From assembly GCA_021789435.1 (NCBI GenBank), contig JAJYJO010000001.1, positions 58,674-122,673 on the forward strand: a DNA stretch of 64,000 nucleotides, in the 5' to 3' direction. The stretch is from Chloroflexota bacterium. GTDB lineage: Bacteria > Chloroflexota > Limnocylindria > Limnocylindrales > CSP1-4. Both the position numbers and the translations under genes were made by a program. Shown one piece after another: positions 18,420-27,682 of this stretch. Under the pieces are notes generated by a model. That model made no database searches. It saw only the letters and a program-made list of their open reading frames with translations, and was not told where the DNA came from. Every line of letters begins with the position of its first letter. Within the stretch, counting starts at the first letter, position 1.

Positions 18420-19586
18420 ATGCTGCGCGTTCTGCATACGGCCGACGTCCATCTGGGGGCTCGCCACACCGACCTGGGCGACCAGGCGGCGGCCCAGCGC
18501 GAGCGCCAGTTCGCCGCCTTCCGCGCGACGATCGACCTGGCCCTCCAGGAGAGGGTCGACCTCTTCCTGATCGCGGGTGACCTCTTCGACTCGAACACCC
18601 AGCCGGCGCGCTCCGTGGAGCGGGTCGCGGCCGAGCTGAAGCGGCTGGCCAACGCGACCATCCGCACGGTGATCATCCCCGGCACCCACGACGTCTACGA
18701 CGGCGCCTCCGTCTATCGCGCCTACGACCTGGCCCGGCTGGCGGGCCTCGCCGCCGGCAGCGACCTCCTGACCGTCCTCACGCCCGAGCGCCCGGAGGTC
18801 CTGCTGCCGAGCCTGGACGCCGTGGTCTACGGCCGCGTCTTCGCCACACGGCGGGCCCCGCGGAGCCCGCTGGTGGACTTCAATGCCGGCGCCGAGGACC
18901 GCGCCACGTGGCGGATCGGCCTGATCCACGGGGCGCTTGCCATCCCCGGCCGGACCGAGGGCGACGAGGTGGTCTTCACCCGCGACGAGATCGCGGCCTC
19001 CGGCCTCGACTACCTGGCCCTGGGACACTGGCACTCCGTCCTGCGGGGGTCGGCGGGCGAAGTCGTCTACGCCTACAGCGGCGCGCCGGAGCCGGTCGCC
19101 GTGGACCAGGATCGGGCCGGCAAGGCGCTCCTGGTGACCTTCGAGCGGCGCGAGGGCGCTCGTCACGTCGAGGTCGAGGAGCGGACGGTGGGGCGGACCC
19201 GGTTCGAGCGGCTGGAGGTTGACGTGGCGACGGTCGCCAGCCAGCCGGCCCTGGTGGAGCGCCTCGCCGCCCTTGCCGATCCCGACCTCGTCCTCGACGT
19301 GCGCCTCTCCGGCCTGCTGCCGGACGGCTTGGACCTGCGACCCGAGGAGGTCGAGACCGAGCTCGTGCCGCGCTTCCTCCGGATCCGGCTGCGGGATGCC
19401 TGGGTGCCGGCCCTGCCGGACGGCCAGCTCCCGCCACCCGACACCATCGCCGGGGCGTTCGTGCGCGGGCTCGAGGCCCGGATCGCCGAGGCGGACGGGT
19501 CCGGCGCCGACGGGGAGGCGGCGGACCTCCGCGAGGTGCTGCGCCTGGGACGCCACCTCCTCGAGGGCCGCGAGGTGACGCTTTGA
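18420..19586 (+). CDS. sbcD: Mre11/SbcD-family DNA repair exonuclease (YhaO-like metallophosphoesterase)
   Basis: MLRVLHTADVHLGARH...LFLIAGDLFD...IPGTHDV...GHWH are the calcineurin-like phosphoesterase motifs I-V. Its stop overlaps the TTG start of the downstream ATPase. Confidence 0.85.
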   Translation: MLRVLHTADVHLGARHTDLGDQAAAQRERQFAAFRATIDLALQERVDLFLIAGDLFDSNTQPARSVERVAAELKRLANATIRTVIIPGTHDVYDGASVYRAYDLARLAGLAAGSDLLTVLTPERPEVLLPSLDAVVYGRVFATRRAPRSPLVDFNAGAEDRATWRIGLIHGALAIPGRTEGDEVVFTRDEIAASGLDYLALGHWHSVLRGSAGEVVYAYSGAPEPVAVDQDRAGKALLVTFERREGARHVEVEERTVGRTRFERLEVDVATVASQPALVERLAALADPDLVLDVRLSGLLPDGLDLRPEEVETELVPRFLRIRLRDAWVPALPDGQLPPPDTIAGAFVRGLEARIAEADGSGADGEAADLREVLRLGRHLLEGREVTL

Positions 19587-21859
19587 GGATCACCCGGCTC
19601 CAGGTCCGCGACCTCAGCCTGCATCGGGACCTGGACCTGGCCCTCGATCCCGGTCTGACCGTCGTCCGCGGGCCCAACGAGGCCGGCAAGTCGACGCTCC
19701 AGCGGGCGCTGGAGCTGGCCCTCTTCCGGAAGGTCACCGCGACCGGTGCCGAGCTGGACGGCCTCCGCCCCTGGGGCGGCGCCGATGATGCCCGGCCGAG
19801 CGTCCGCCTGGAGTTCCTCCAGGAGGAGCTGGACGGGGTCCGGACCGGGCGGCTGGAGAAGGAGTTCCGGGGCGGCAAGGGTCGCGTCCTCCTGGAGCTC
19901 GACGGCGAGCGGATCGCCGACCCGACGCTGGCCGACCAGGCCCTGGCCGAGCTGACCGGGATCCCGACCGAGCCCTTCTTCCGCTCGACGGCCTCCATCC
20001 GCCACCACGAGCTGGACGACCTGGACCGCGACGAGGCCGCGCTCCGCGACCGCCTCCAGGCGTCGATCAGCGGCGGCGACCGCGGCACGTCGCGGGCCAA
20101 GAAGAAGCTCGACGATGCCCTCCGGCTGCTCCGGGCGAAGGGTGACAAGAACCCGGGCCGCCTCAAGGTCGCCGAGTCGGCGGTGAGCCTGGCGGAGGCG
20201 GCCGTCCGGGCCGGCGAGACCGCCCTGGCCCAGCTGGAGCGCGATCGGGACGCGCTGGTCCAGGCCCGGGAGCGCCGGGCACTGGTGGACGCCGACCTCG
20301 GCGAGCGGCGATCCATGCTCGAGAAGGCCCGCCAGGCGGAGCGGCTCTCGGCGGAGCGTGCGGTGGCCCAGGAGCGTTTCGAGCGCTACCGCCAGGCCGT
20401 CACGGTGACGACCGAGATCGACCGCCTCCACGCCAGCCACCCTTCGTCCGAGGCCCTGCCGGTGCTGCGCCAGATCGTGGAACGGCTCCGCAAGCTCGAC
20501 ACGACGATCCGCGAGCTGCGGGCCCAGCTCGGCGACGAGGCCCAGGTGGAGTACCAGATCGAGATCCCGGAGCCGACCTGGCGGCCGACCGCCGTGGCAG
20601 GCATCCTGCTCACGCTGGCCGGCGTGGCCGCCGTGGCCCTCGGGGTCGGGGGTGTCCTGGCCGCCGACCCGACCACGCGGCTGGTCGGGCTGGGGCTCGT
20701 GGCGGCCGGTGCGATCATCTCCTATCTCGCGATCCGGCAGCGCCGGTCCGCCTCCGACCTGCGCCGCCACAAGCAGCTCCGCGACGACCAGATCACGCGC
20801 CGCCTGCGCGGCCGCTCCCAGCTCCAGCAGGAGCTGCGGGAGAAGGAGGCCGACTCGGAGGCGCAGCTGGAGGCACTCGGCCTGGCCGACGTCCCGGCCG
20901 TGGAGGACCTCCTCGGCCGCGAGGAGGCGCACGTTCAGGCGATTGAGAAGCTCCAGGCCCAGCTGGAGGGGCTGGTCGGCCGGGAGCCGGCGGAGACGCT
21001 TCCGCCGCTCCGGGACGCGGCCGCCCTCGAGATCGAGCAGAAGACGGCCGCCCTGGAGGCCCTCGGGCCGATTGCCCGGGAGGCGCGCGCCCGCGAGCGG
21101 CTCGAGGTGGAGGTCCGGGAGGCGGAGGCGGCCCTCGAGCGGGCCCGCGACGACGAGGCGGCGGCTCGCGCGCGGGTCGAGGCGAACACGGTGGACGCCG
21201 AGCAGGTTGCCGGCGAGACGGAGCGGCTGGCGGGCTGGCGCGAGGACCTGGCCGCCCTGCAACGGCGGGCCCGCATCTACGAGCTGACCCTGGCGGCGAT
21301 CGAGACGGCCGAGCAGGCCACGATGCGCTCGGCGACTCGCTACCTGGAGAAGCGAATGCGCGGCGACCTGGCGCGGATCAGCGACGGCCGTTACCGTCGC
21401 GTCCAGGTGGACGACCGGACGCTCGACATCCGGGTCTTTGCGCCGGAGCGCGGCGACTGGGTGGACGTCCGCCAGCTGAGCCAGGGCACCCTTGACCAGG
21501 TCTACCTCTCGGCTCGCCTGGGCCTGGTCCGCCTGGTGACGGAGGACCGCCGGCCGCCGCTGATCTTCGACGACCCGTTCGTGACCTTCGACGGCGCCCG
21601 GGCCGCCCGGGCCATGCACCTGCTGCGGGAGCTCGCGGCCGATTTCCAGGTGATCTACCTGACCTGCTCCGATCGCTACGACGAGCTGGCGGACGCGGTG
21701 GTCGTGCTGCCCGGTCCGACGGCGGTGGACGACGGCCCGGCGGGAGAGGACGGGAAGACCGCGCCCGTCGCGGTGTCGCCCGAGGCGTCGGTGACGACGG
21801 CGGTTCCCGGTCCGGCGGGGGGCGCCGCCGCGGGGGGCGCCCCCGCGGGCCCTGCCTGA
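19583..21859 (+). CDS. sbcC: SbcC/Rad50-like AAA ATPase with long coiled coils and an internal pair of TM helices (YhaN-like)
   Basis: N-terminal Walker A (VVRGPNEAGKST); a central hydrophobic hairpin (AVAGILLTLAGVAAVALGVGGVLAADPTTRLVGLGLVAAGAIISYLAI); C-terminal signature, Walker B and D-loop (LSQGTLDQVYLSARL...PLIFDDPFVTFD). Confidence 0.8.
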   Translation: MRITRLQVRDLSLHRDLDLALDPGLTVVRGPNEAGKSTLQRALELALFRKVTATGAELDGLRPWGGADDARPSVRLEFLQEELDGVRTGRLEKEFRGGKGRVLLELDGERIADPTLADQALAELTGIPTEPFFRSTASIRHHELDDLDRDEAALRDRLQASISGGDRGTSRAKKKLDDALRLLRAKGDKNPGRLKVAESAVSLAEAAVRAGETALAQLERDRDALVQARERRALVDADLGERRSMLEKARQAERLSAERAVAQERFERYRQAVTVTTEIDRLHASHPSSEALPVLRQIVERLRKLDTTIRELRAQLGDEAQVEYQIEIPEPTWRPTAVAGILLTLAGVAAVALGVGGVLAADPTTRLVGLGLVAAGAIISYLAIRQRRSASDLRRHKQLRDDQITRRLRGRSQLQQELREKEADSEAQLEALGLADVPAVEDLLGREEAHVQAIEKLQAQLEGLVGREPAETLPPLRDAAALEIEQKTAALEALGPIAREARARERLEVEVREAEAALERARDDEAAARARVEANTVDAEQVAGETERLAGWREDLAALQRRARIYELTLAAIETAEQATMRSATRYLEKRMRGDLARISDGRYRRVQVDDRTLDIRVFAPERGDWVDVRQLSQGTLDQVYLSARLGLVRLVTEDRRPPLIFDDPFVTFDGARAARAMHLLRELAADFQVIYLTCSDRYDELADAVVVLPGPTAVDDGPAGEDGKTAPVAVSPEASVTTAVPGPAGGAAAGGAPAGPA

Positions 21860-21948
21860 GCGGGGAGCTCGGCGGAGTCGGGCTCGGCCTCGGCTCCGCC
21901 CTCTCCTGGGGCGCGGCCGACTTCAACGGCGGCCTGGCCAGCCGCCGG

Positions 21949-22698
21949 ATGCCGGCGCTCGGCGTCGTCCTGCTCTCCCAGTCGCTGGGCCTGCTGCTGG
22001 TGGCGGCCGCGGCGGTCGCGGTGGGGGAGCCGATCCGCTCGGCCGCCGAGCTCGGCTGGGGGATGGCGGCCGGCCTGTCGGGCGCCACCGCCCTGGTGGC
22101 CTTCTACCGCGGTCTCGCCGCCGGGCGGATGGGTCTCGTCGCGCCCGTCGCGGGCGTCCTGGGCGCGGCGATCCCGGTCGCCTTCGGGACGCTCGTCGAA
22201 GGCGCTCCGGCACCCGGCCAGGCCGCCGGCATCGGACTGGCCCTCGTCTCGGTGCTGCTGGTCTCGCGGCCCGACGAGGAGGGTGGCGGCCGGCAGGGGC
22301 TCGGCCTGGCGCTTGCGGCCGGGGCCGGCTTCGGCGGCTTCTTCGTGCTGATCGACCAGGTCGGCACGGCGGGCGTCCTCTGGCCGATCGCCGCCGCCAG
22401 GTTCGCCTCAGTGGGCCTGCTCGGCGGCCTGGTCCTCGTGCTGCGGCCGCCCTGGCGGCCCACGCCGGGGACGCTCCGACCGGTCGTCCTGGCGGGGGTC
22501 CTCGACGCCGGCGGCAACCTGCTCTTCCTGCTGGCCGCCCGCCTCGGCCCGCTCGCGGTGGCGGCCGTCCTCTCGTCGCTCTATCCGGTGACCACCGTGG
22601 TCCTGGCGCGCCTGGTGCTCGGCGAGCGCGTCGCCCGCGTCCACGCCGCGGGGATCGCCCTGGCGGTGGTCGCCATTGCTCTGATCGCCGCGGCGTGA
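21949..22698 (+). CDS. EamA/DMT-family transporter (N-terminus probably incomplete as called)
   Basis: About 9 TM helices. The expected first helix (LGGVGLGLGSALSWGAADFNGGLASRR) is encoded in frame upstream (21862-21948) with no ATG/GTG/TTG. Confidence 0.65.
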   Translation: MPALGVVLLSQSLGLLLVAAAAVAVGEPIRSAAELGWGMAAGLSGATALVAFYRGLAAGRMGLVAPVAGVLGAAIPVAFGTLVEGAPAPGQAAGIGLALVSVLLVSRPDEEGGGRQGLGLALAAGAGFGGFFVLIDQVGTAGVLWPIAAARFASVGLLGGLVLVLRPPWRPTPGTLRPVVLAGVLDAGGNLLFLLAARLGPLAVAAVLSSLYPVTTVVLARLVLGERVARVHAAGIALAVVAIALIAAA

Positions 22699-22769
22699 CG
22701 AAGCGTGGAGCGGGCTCCCGCCGCGGCTGGCGGGCCCGGGCGGCGGCCGCGGTCGGCTAGGCTTGGCTG

Positions 22770-24083
22770 ATGCGCCTGCCGTCCGGTCCGACGGAGAGCG
22801 ACCCGGCGGACCCATCTCCGGTACTCCCCACGCCACCGCGCCCGCGGGCCACGCCGCCGGCTCCTGCCGAGGACTGGCGGCGCCTGCTCGTCCTCTACTG
22901 GGTGACCGCGTTCGTCGAGGGCCTGGGGATGAACCAGGTCTTCGCCTTCCTGCCGCTTCGCCTGGAGGGGATGGCCATGGCCCCCGGCGAGATCCCCCAC
23001 TTCGTCGGGCTCTTCAGCGCCCTGATCTTCGTCTTCGGGCTGCCGGTCGTGCCGCTATGGGGCGTCTGGGCCGACAAGTACAGCCGCAAGGCGGTCATCA
23101 TCCGGAGCTCACTGATCGAGGCCGTGGTCTTCGCGGCGGTCGGGCTGAGCCAGGCGCCTTGGCAGCTGGCCCTGAGCCTGCTGCTGGTGGGATTCCAGCT
23201 CGGCAACACCGGGGTCATGCTGGCGGCTCTGCGCGACGCGACGCCGCTGCCACGGGTCGGCACGGCGATCGCCGTCTTCGGGGCGGCCAGCCCGATCGGG
23301 TTCGCCCTCGGCCCGGCCCTCGGCGGGCTCCTGACCGACGGCCTCCACGCTCCCCTGGCGGCGGTCTTCCTGCTCTCGAGCGCGCTCTCGCTCGCCGTGG
23401 CCGCGCTGGTCGGCCTCGGCTCGCGCGAGGTGCGCCCGGAAGTGGTGCCGGAGGGCCGCGTCCTGGAGCTCGCCTACGGGGCGGTGCGGGGAGTCTTCAC
23501 CGATCCGCGCGTCCGGTGGGTTTTCGTCATCTTCGGGACGGCCTACCTGGCGCGGCAGATGTCGAACCCGTACGTCCCGATCCTGGCCCTCCACGTGCCG
23601 GCCGACGGCGTGGGGCAGGCGACGGCGATCGCCATCGTGACCGGGGTGGCGGCGCTGGCCGGCGCCGCGGTCTCGCCGCTGGCCGGCGGCCTGGGCGACC
23701 GGATCGGCTTCCGGCCCGTCCTGACCGGCGCGCTGCTGTTCGGCGGCGCGGCGCTGGCCACGATGGCCCTGGTGCCGAGCCTGGTGGCGCTCGCCCTGGC
23801 GGCGACGGCCTACGCCGCGTTCGCGGCGGCGATCCAGGCGATGGTCTTCGGGCTGCTGGCGACGGAGGTCCCGGCCGAGCGCCGCTCGGCGACGCTCAAC
23901 CTCGTCCTGCTGCCGCTCTACCTGGCCGGCATCGTCGGGCCGCTGATCGGAGCGATCGTCGTCAGCTTCGGCGAGGTGGCGGTCTTCGGGCTGGCCGGCC
24001 TGGTCCTCTGGCTCGGCGCAGCCGCGGTGCTGCGGTCGCCGGCGCAGGCCGGGACCCGAAGCGCCGAGGCCGCCGGGGGCTGA
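22770..24083 (+). CDS. MFS transporter
   Basis: 437 aa with 12 predicted TM helices and MFS signature regions (GLFSALIFVFGLPVVPLWGVWADKYSRK, ...). Confidence 0.8.
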   Translation: MRLPSGPTESDPADPSPVLPTPPRPRATPPAPAEDWRRLLVLYWVTAFVEGLGMNQVFAFLPLRLEGMAMAPGEIPHFVGLFSALIFVFGLPVVPLWGVWADKYSRKAVIIRSSLIEAVVFAAVGLSQAPWQLALSLLLVGFQLGNTGVMLAALRDATPLPRVGTAIAVFGAASPIGFALGPALGGLLTDGLHAPLAAVFLLSSALSLAVAALVGLGSREVRPEVVPEGRVLELAYGAVRGVFTDPRVRWVFVIFGTAYLARQMSNPYVPILALHVPADGVGQATAIAIVTGVAALAGAAVSPLAGGLGDRIGFRPVLTGALLFGGAALATMALVPSLVALALAATAYAAFAAAIQAMVFGLLATEVPAERRSATLNLVLLPLYLAGIVGPLIGAIVVSFGEVAVFGLAGLVLWLGAAAVLRSPAQAGTRSAEAAGG

Positions 24084-24163
24084 CCGCCCGGAACCGACCG
24101 GGACCGGTCCGACCGGGGGGGCTCGGGCCGGGCCGCCCAGGCGTCGGGCAGCGCGATCGAACG

Positions 24164-24421
24164 TCAGCGGCGACGGTCCGGCTCGGTCGCGGCCAGGACC
24201 AGGCGGACGAGGACCGCGCCGAGGAAGGCGACGACGATCGCACCGGTGAAGCCCTGGGCGTCGCCGAGGTGGAGCTGTCGCGCCAGGAAGCCGCCGAGGA
24301 GCCCGCCCAGGATGCCGATCAGGACGTTGGCGAGGCAGCCGCGCGGACGATCGTCATGGACGACGATCCCCGAGAGCCAGCCGGCGACGAAGCCGACGAC
24401 GATCCATCCGATGGGCCCCAT
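24164..24421 (-). CDS. GlsB/YeaQ/YmgE-family (transglycosylase-associated) small membrane protein
   Basis: MGPIGWIVVGFVAGWLSGIVV...NVLIGILGGLLGGFLARQL has the typical family pattern. Confidence 0.7.
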   Translation of the reverse strand: MGPIGWIVVGFVAGWLSGIVVHDDRPRGCLANVLIGILGGLLGGFLARQLHLGDAQGFTGAIVVAFLGAVLVRLVLAATEPDRRR

Positions 24422-24550
24422 ATCCAGCACGAACCGATTCCTCCACCGCGTTCCCTCGGGGCGGATGATACGGGAGCCTGCGGACGGCGCGCCGGGCGCG
24501 GGGGCCGGACCGCGCGGAGGCCGGGCGGCGCGGAGACGGCGCCCCTACAG

Positions 24551-24577
24551 CGCCAGCGGGGCGGCGCCCCGCTGGCG
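24551..24577. terminator. GC-rich hairpin (11-bp stem, 5-nt loop) downstream of the EVE-like gene
   Basis: cgccagcgggg-cggcg-ccccgctggcg. There is no U-tract, as is usual in high-GC genomes. Confidence 0.4.
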
Positions 24578-24657
24578 AAGAGCGGACGCACCGGCGCGCG
24601 GTGGGGACCGCAAGGAGGCGCGCCGCCGACGGCCGTGGCGACCGGGCGAGCCCTCGA

Positions 24658-25112
24658 TCAGGCCGGCGCCCGTTCCGAGGCACGGCGAAGGGCGGCCTCC
24701 AGGAGGTCGGCGTCGGCGTCGCCCAGCTCGTGCACGTTGCCCTGGAAGGCAAGCGTCCAGTGCTCCGGCGGCCAGCGCCGCGCGTACTCCATCTGGCGCG
24801 CGAGCGGCTCGGCCGGGACCGCTCGTGACGGCTCGAGCGCGACCAGCGGCTCCGTCGGGAAGCGCCAGGGGTAGTCCTCCTCGGGATGCGAATCCGAGGT
24901 CCAGAGGGTTCGTGGGACTCGAACGGGGAGCCCGTCACGCGCAGGGCGGCCGCGACCGCCTTCTGCCCGGTGACGTACAGGAAGACGCGATCGCCGGGCG
25001 CCACGCGCTCCCACTTCCGACGGTGCCGGCGTTTCATCCCGGCCCGGGTCCAGCCGATCCGGGCGGTCTTCTCGAGGTTCTCCGGGGAGCTCACGAGCAG
25101 CCAGTTGGTCAT
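24658..25112 (-). pseudogene. PUA/EVE-like hypothetical protein, apparently frameshifted near 24900-24945
   Basis: N-terminal frame: MTNWLLVSSPENLEKTARIGW...VFLYVTGQKAVAAALRVTGSPFESHEP (ATG 25112, GGAG upstream). It continues in a second frame: RTLWTSDSHPEEDYPWRFPTEPLVALEP...HWTLAFQGNVHEL...* ending at 24658. Confidence 0.45.
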
Positions 25113-25299
25113 CGGGACACTCCGGCCTGGGGGGACGCCTGCCGGCAGAGGGTAGCGCTCGAGCGACCGAGACGCAGCGCGTCCAGCCGCAGGCGGCCGG
25201 TCGGCAGCCTGCCGTCCCGGCCGGGCTTCTGCGACAATCCCGCTCCAGAGGAATGCGGCCGGGGCAGCCTCCGCCCCGGCCCACGAGGAGCCGTCCGCC

Positions 25300-26721
25300 A
25301 TGTTCACCCGGGGCCGCTGGCTGGTCGTCCTGGTGCCGATCGTCTTCCTGGCCTTCGTCGAGGCCCTGAGCGATTCGGCCCTGGATGCCCTGCTGCCGTT
25401 CCCGCGCGATACGATCCTGGTCACGGCGCTGGTGACCCTGGTCGGCATCTTCGCGGCGCGCTGGTCCTTTCGGACGATCGACGCCCTGACCGTCGACCTG
25501 CGCAACCGCAACCGCGAGCTGGAGCAGACGAGCGAGACCCTCCGGGGCCTCCATCAGCTGAGCGTGGTCGTCAGCGAGACGGTCGAGATGGACGACGTCC
25601 TCCGCGAGATCGTGGAGGCGGGGCGACAGCTGCTCGCGGCCGACGCGGTCCTGCTGGTCCTGGATCGGCCCGAGGGCCCCCTGCTGGCGGCGACGAGCGG
25701 GCCGCCCGAGGCCTTCCTGCCGGCGGGCGACGGCGGGGATGACGACGTCGGCCGGTTCCTTGCCCGGCCCTTCCGGGCCGCCCCGCTGGTGGCGCCGGTC
25801 CAGCGCGGCGACCGGCGGCTGGGCCGGCTGGCCGCCGTCCGGCGGACCCCGACTGCCTTCGAGCCCGGCAGCGCGGAGACACTCTCCTCGCTTGCCAACA
25901 CGGCCGGCATCGCCCTGGAGAACGCCCGACTCCAGGAGGGCCTGCGCGCGCTGGCGATCGCCGCCGAGCGGGAGCGGATCGCGCGCGAGATGCACGACGG
26001 CCTGGCCCAGGTGCTCGGCTACGTCAACACGAAATCCCAGGCCGTGGAGGAGCTCCTGGGCCGGGGAAGGGTGGACGAGGCACAGGCCCAGCTCGATGAG
26101 CTCGCCCAGGCCGCGCGCTCCGTCTACGTCGATGTGCGGGAGGCGATCCTGGGCCTCTCCAGCCCGATCTCGCCGGAGGCGGGCCTGGCGGGGGCCCTGG
26201 AGGACTACGTGGCCCGGTTCGCCGATGCCTCGAAGCTGGCTGCCCGCGTGACCGCCAGCCCGGCGGCTCGGGCCGTGGAGCTGGGCCCGGCCGCGGAGGC
26301 CCAGGTCTTCCGCATCGTCCAGGAGGCTCTCACCAACGTCCGCAAACACGCCGCCGCGAACCGCGTGGGGGTGGACCTGGAGGCCCGCGACGCGGCGCTG
26401 GTGGTGACCGTGGCCGACGACGGCCGGGGGTTCGATCCGGAGAAGGCGGGCCTGGGCGGCTGGCCCGCCTTCGGGTTGCGGGGGATGCGCGACCGGGCGG
26501 CCTCCATCGGCGCGCGGATCGAGTGGGAGAGCGTGCCGGGCACCGGCAGCACGCTCCGCCTCTGGGTGCCGACGGGCCCGGCCGGCGCTTCGCCGGCGCC
26601 CCCGGTCGGTGCCTCGGCGACCCCGGTCGGCGGCCCCGGGACGCCGGACGGGGAATCGGACCGCCCGGTCGCCGAACCGGCCACATCTTCCGACCCGCGC
26701 GGTGGTAGCGTGTTGGCCTGA
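25300..26721 (+). CDS. Sensor histidine kinase (N-terminal TM helix, GAF-like sensor, HisKA_3 + HATPase; NarX/DevS class)
   Basis: H-box ERERIAREMHDGLAQ; N/G boxes (VQEALTNVRKHA, VADDGRGFD, GLRGMRDRAASIGARIEW). The stop overlaps the start of the response regulator. Confidence 0.85.
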   Translation: MFTRGRWLVVLVPIVFLAFVEALSDSALDALLPFPRDTILVTALVTLVGIFAARWSFRTIDALTVDLRNRNRELEQTSETLRGLHQLSVVVSETVEMDDVLREIVEAGRQLLAADAVLLVLDRPEGPLLAATSGPPEAFLPAGDGGDDDVGRFLARPFRAAPLVAPVQRGDRRLGRLAAVRRTPTAFEPGSAETLSSLANTAGIALENARLQEGLRALAIAAERERIAREMHDGLAQVLGYVNTKSQAVEELLGRGRVDEAQAQLDELAQAARSVYVDVREAILGLSSPISPEAGLAGALEDYVARFADASKLAARVTASPAARAVELGPAAEAQVFRIVQEALTNVRKHAAANRVGVDLEARDAALVVTVADDGRGFDPEKAGLGGWPAFGLRGMRDRAASIGARIEWESVPGTGSTLRLWVPTGPAGASPAPPVGASATPVGGPGTPDGESDRPVAEPATSSDPRGGSVLA

Positions 26722-27383
26722 TGCGCATCGTGCTCGTCGACGACCACACCCTCTTCCGGGACGGCGTTGCCTCGCTGCTCGCGGCCTGGGGCCACGACGT
26801 GGTCGGCCAGGCGGCCGACGGGGCCCAGGCCGTGGACCTCGTCGACGAGGTCCAGCCGGACCTGGTCCTGATGGACGTCCGGATGCCCGGGGTGTCGGGG
26901 CTGGAGGCCACGGCCCGGATCAAGGAGCGCCACCCGGCCGTGGCGATCGTCATGCTGACCGTCAGCGAGGACGAGGACGACCTGTTCCGGGCGATCAAGG
27001 CGGGGGCCCAGGGCTACCTCCTCAAGAACCTCGAGTCGGGCCAGCTGCGCTCGATGCTGGAGGCCGTCTCGCGCGGCGAGGCGGCCATCTCACCGGCCAC
27101 CGCGGCCCGGATCATCGACGAGTTCCTGCGGGCCGGCCGCAGCCCCGCCCGCAACGAGCCCGAGCGGCTCACCGACCGGGAGATCGAGGTCCTCCGCCTG
27201 GTCACCCAGGGTCTCCGCAACAAGGAGATCGCGGCCCGCCTGGGCATCAGCGAGAACACCGCCAAGTTCCACCTCAAGAACATCGTCGAGAAGCTGCACG
27301 CCCAGAGCCGGACCGAGCTGGCCGCCCGGGCTGTGCGCGAGGGCCTGGTCCCCGAGATCGAGCCGGACGGCCGGTCGCGCTGA
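26721..27383 (+). CDS. NarL/FixJ-family response regulator (receiver + LuxR-type HTH)
   Basis: MRIVLVDDHTLFRDG...LVLMDVRMPG... receiver; LTDREIEVLRLVTQGLRNKEIAARLGISENTAKFHLKNI HTH. Confidence 0.9.
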   Translation: MRIVLVDDHTLFRDGVASLLAAWGHDVVGQAADGAQAVDLVDEVQPDLVLMDVRMPGVSGLEATARIKERHPAVAIVMLTVSEDEDDLFRAIKAGAQGYLLKNLESGQLRSMLEAVSRGEAAISPATAARIIDEFLRAGRSPARNEPERLTDREIEVLRLVTQGLRNKEIAARLGISENTAKFHLKNIVEKLHAQSRTELAARAVREGLVPEIEPDGRSR

Positions 27384-27586
27384 TCGCGCCGGCGGCGGCT
27401 TCCCCGGCCCCGGCTCTGGCCGCGCCCCGATCGCCCCGGCCGCGGATCGCCGCTCGTGCCCTCCGCCCGCGGATCGCGCCGATCGTCGCGGCCGCGGGCC
27501 GGCCACCCGGCACCTGAACCTTCGCTCAGGGCCCGCCTACCCGTTGTGATGGCCGGTTCGGTCCCGGCCGGCCCCCCGGTCGCCTA

Positions 27587-27598
27587 CCCCCTCGAGGG
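27587..27598. promoter_or_regulatory. Perfect 12-bp palindrome CCCCTCGAGGGG in the 300-bp leader of the oxidoreductase operon
   Basis: Seen directly; about 85 nt upstream of the ATG at 27683. Possible operator. Confidence 0.3.
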
Positions 27599-27682
27599 GC
27601 GGGCTTCGCGCCCCATGGCAGGTTGCGCCGGCGGCCCCTGGTCGGATGCTAGGCAGCGCCGAGGAAGCATCGGAGGCTGTCG

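Noticed and set aside
19163-21619. 818-aa minus-strand ORF, plus 18114..19556 and 18976..20316
   Set aside because: Antisense of sbcD/sbcC; low-complexity.
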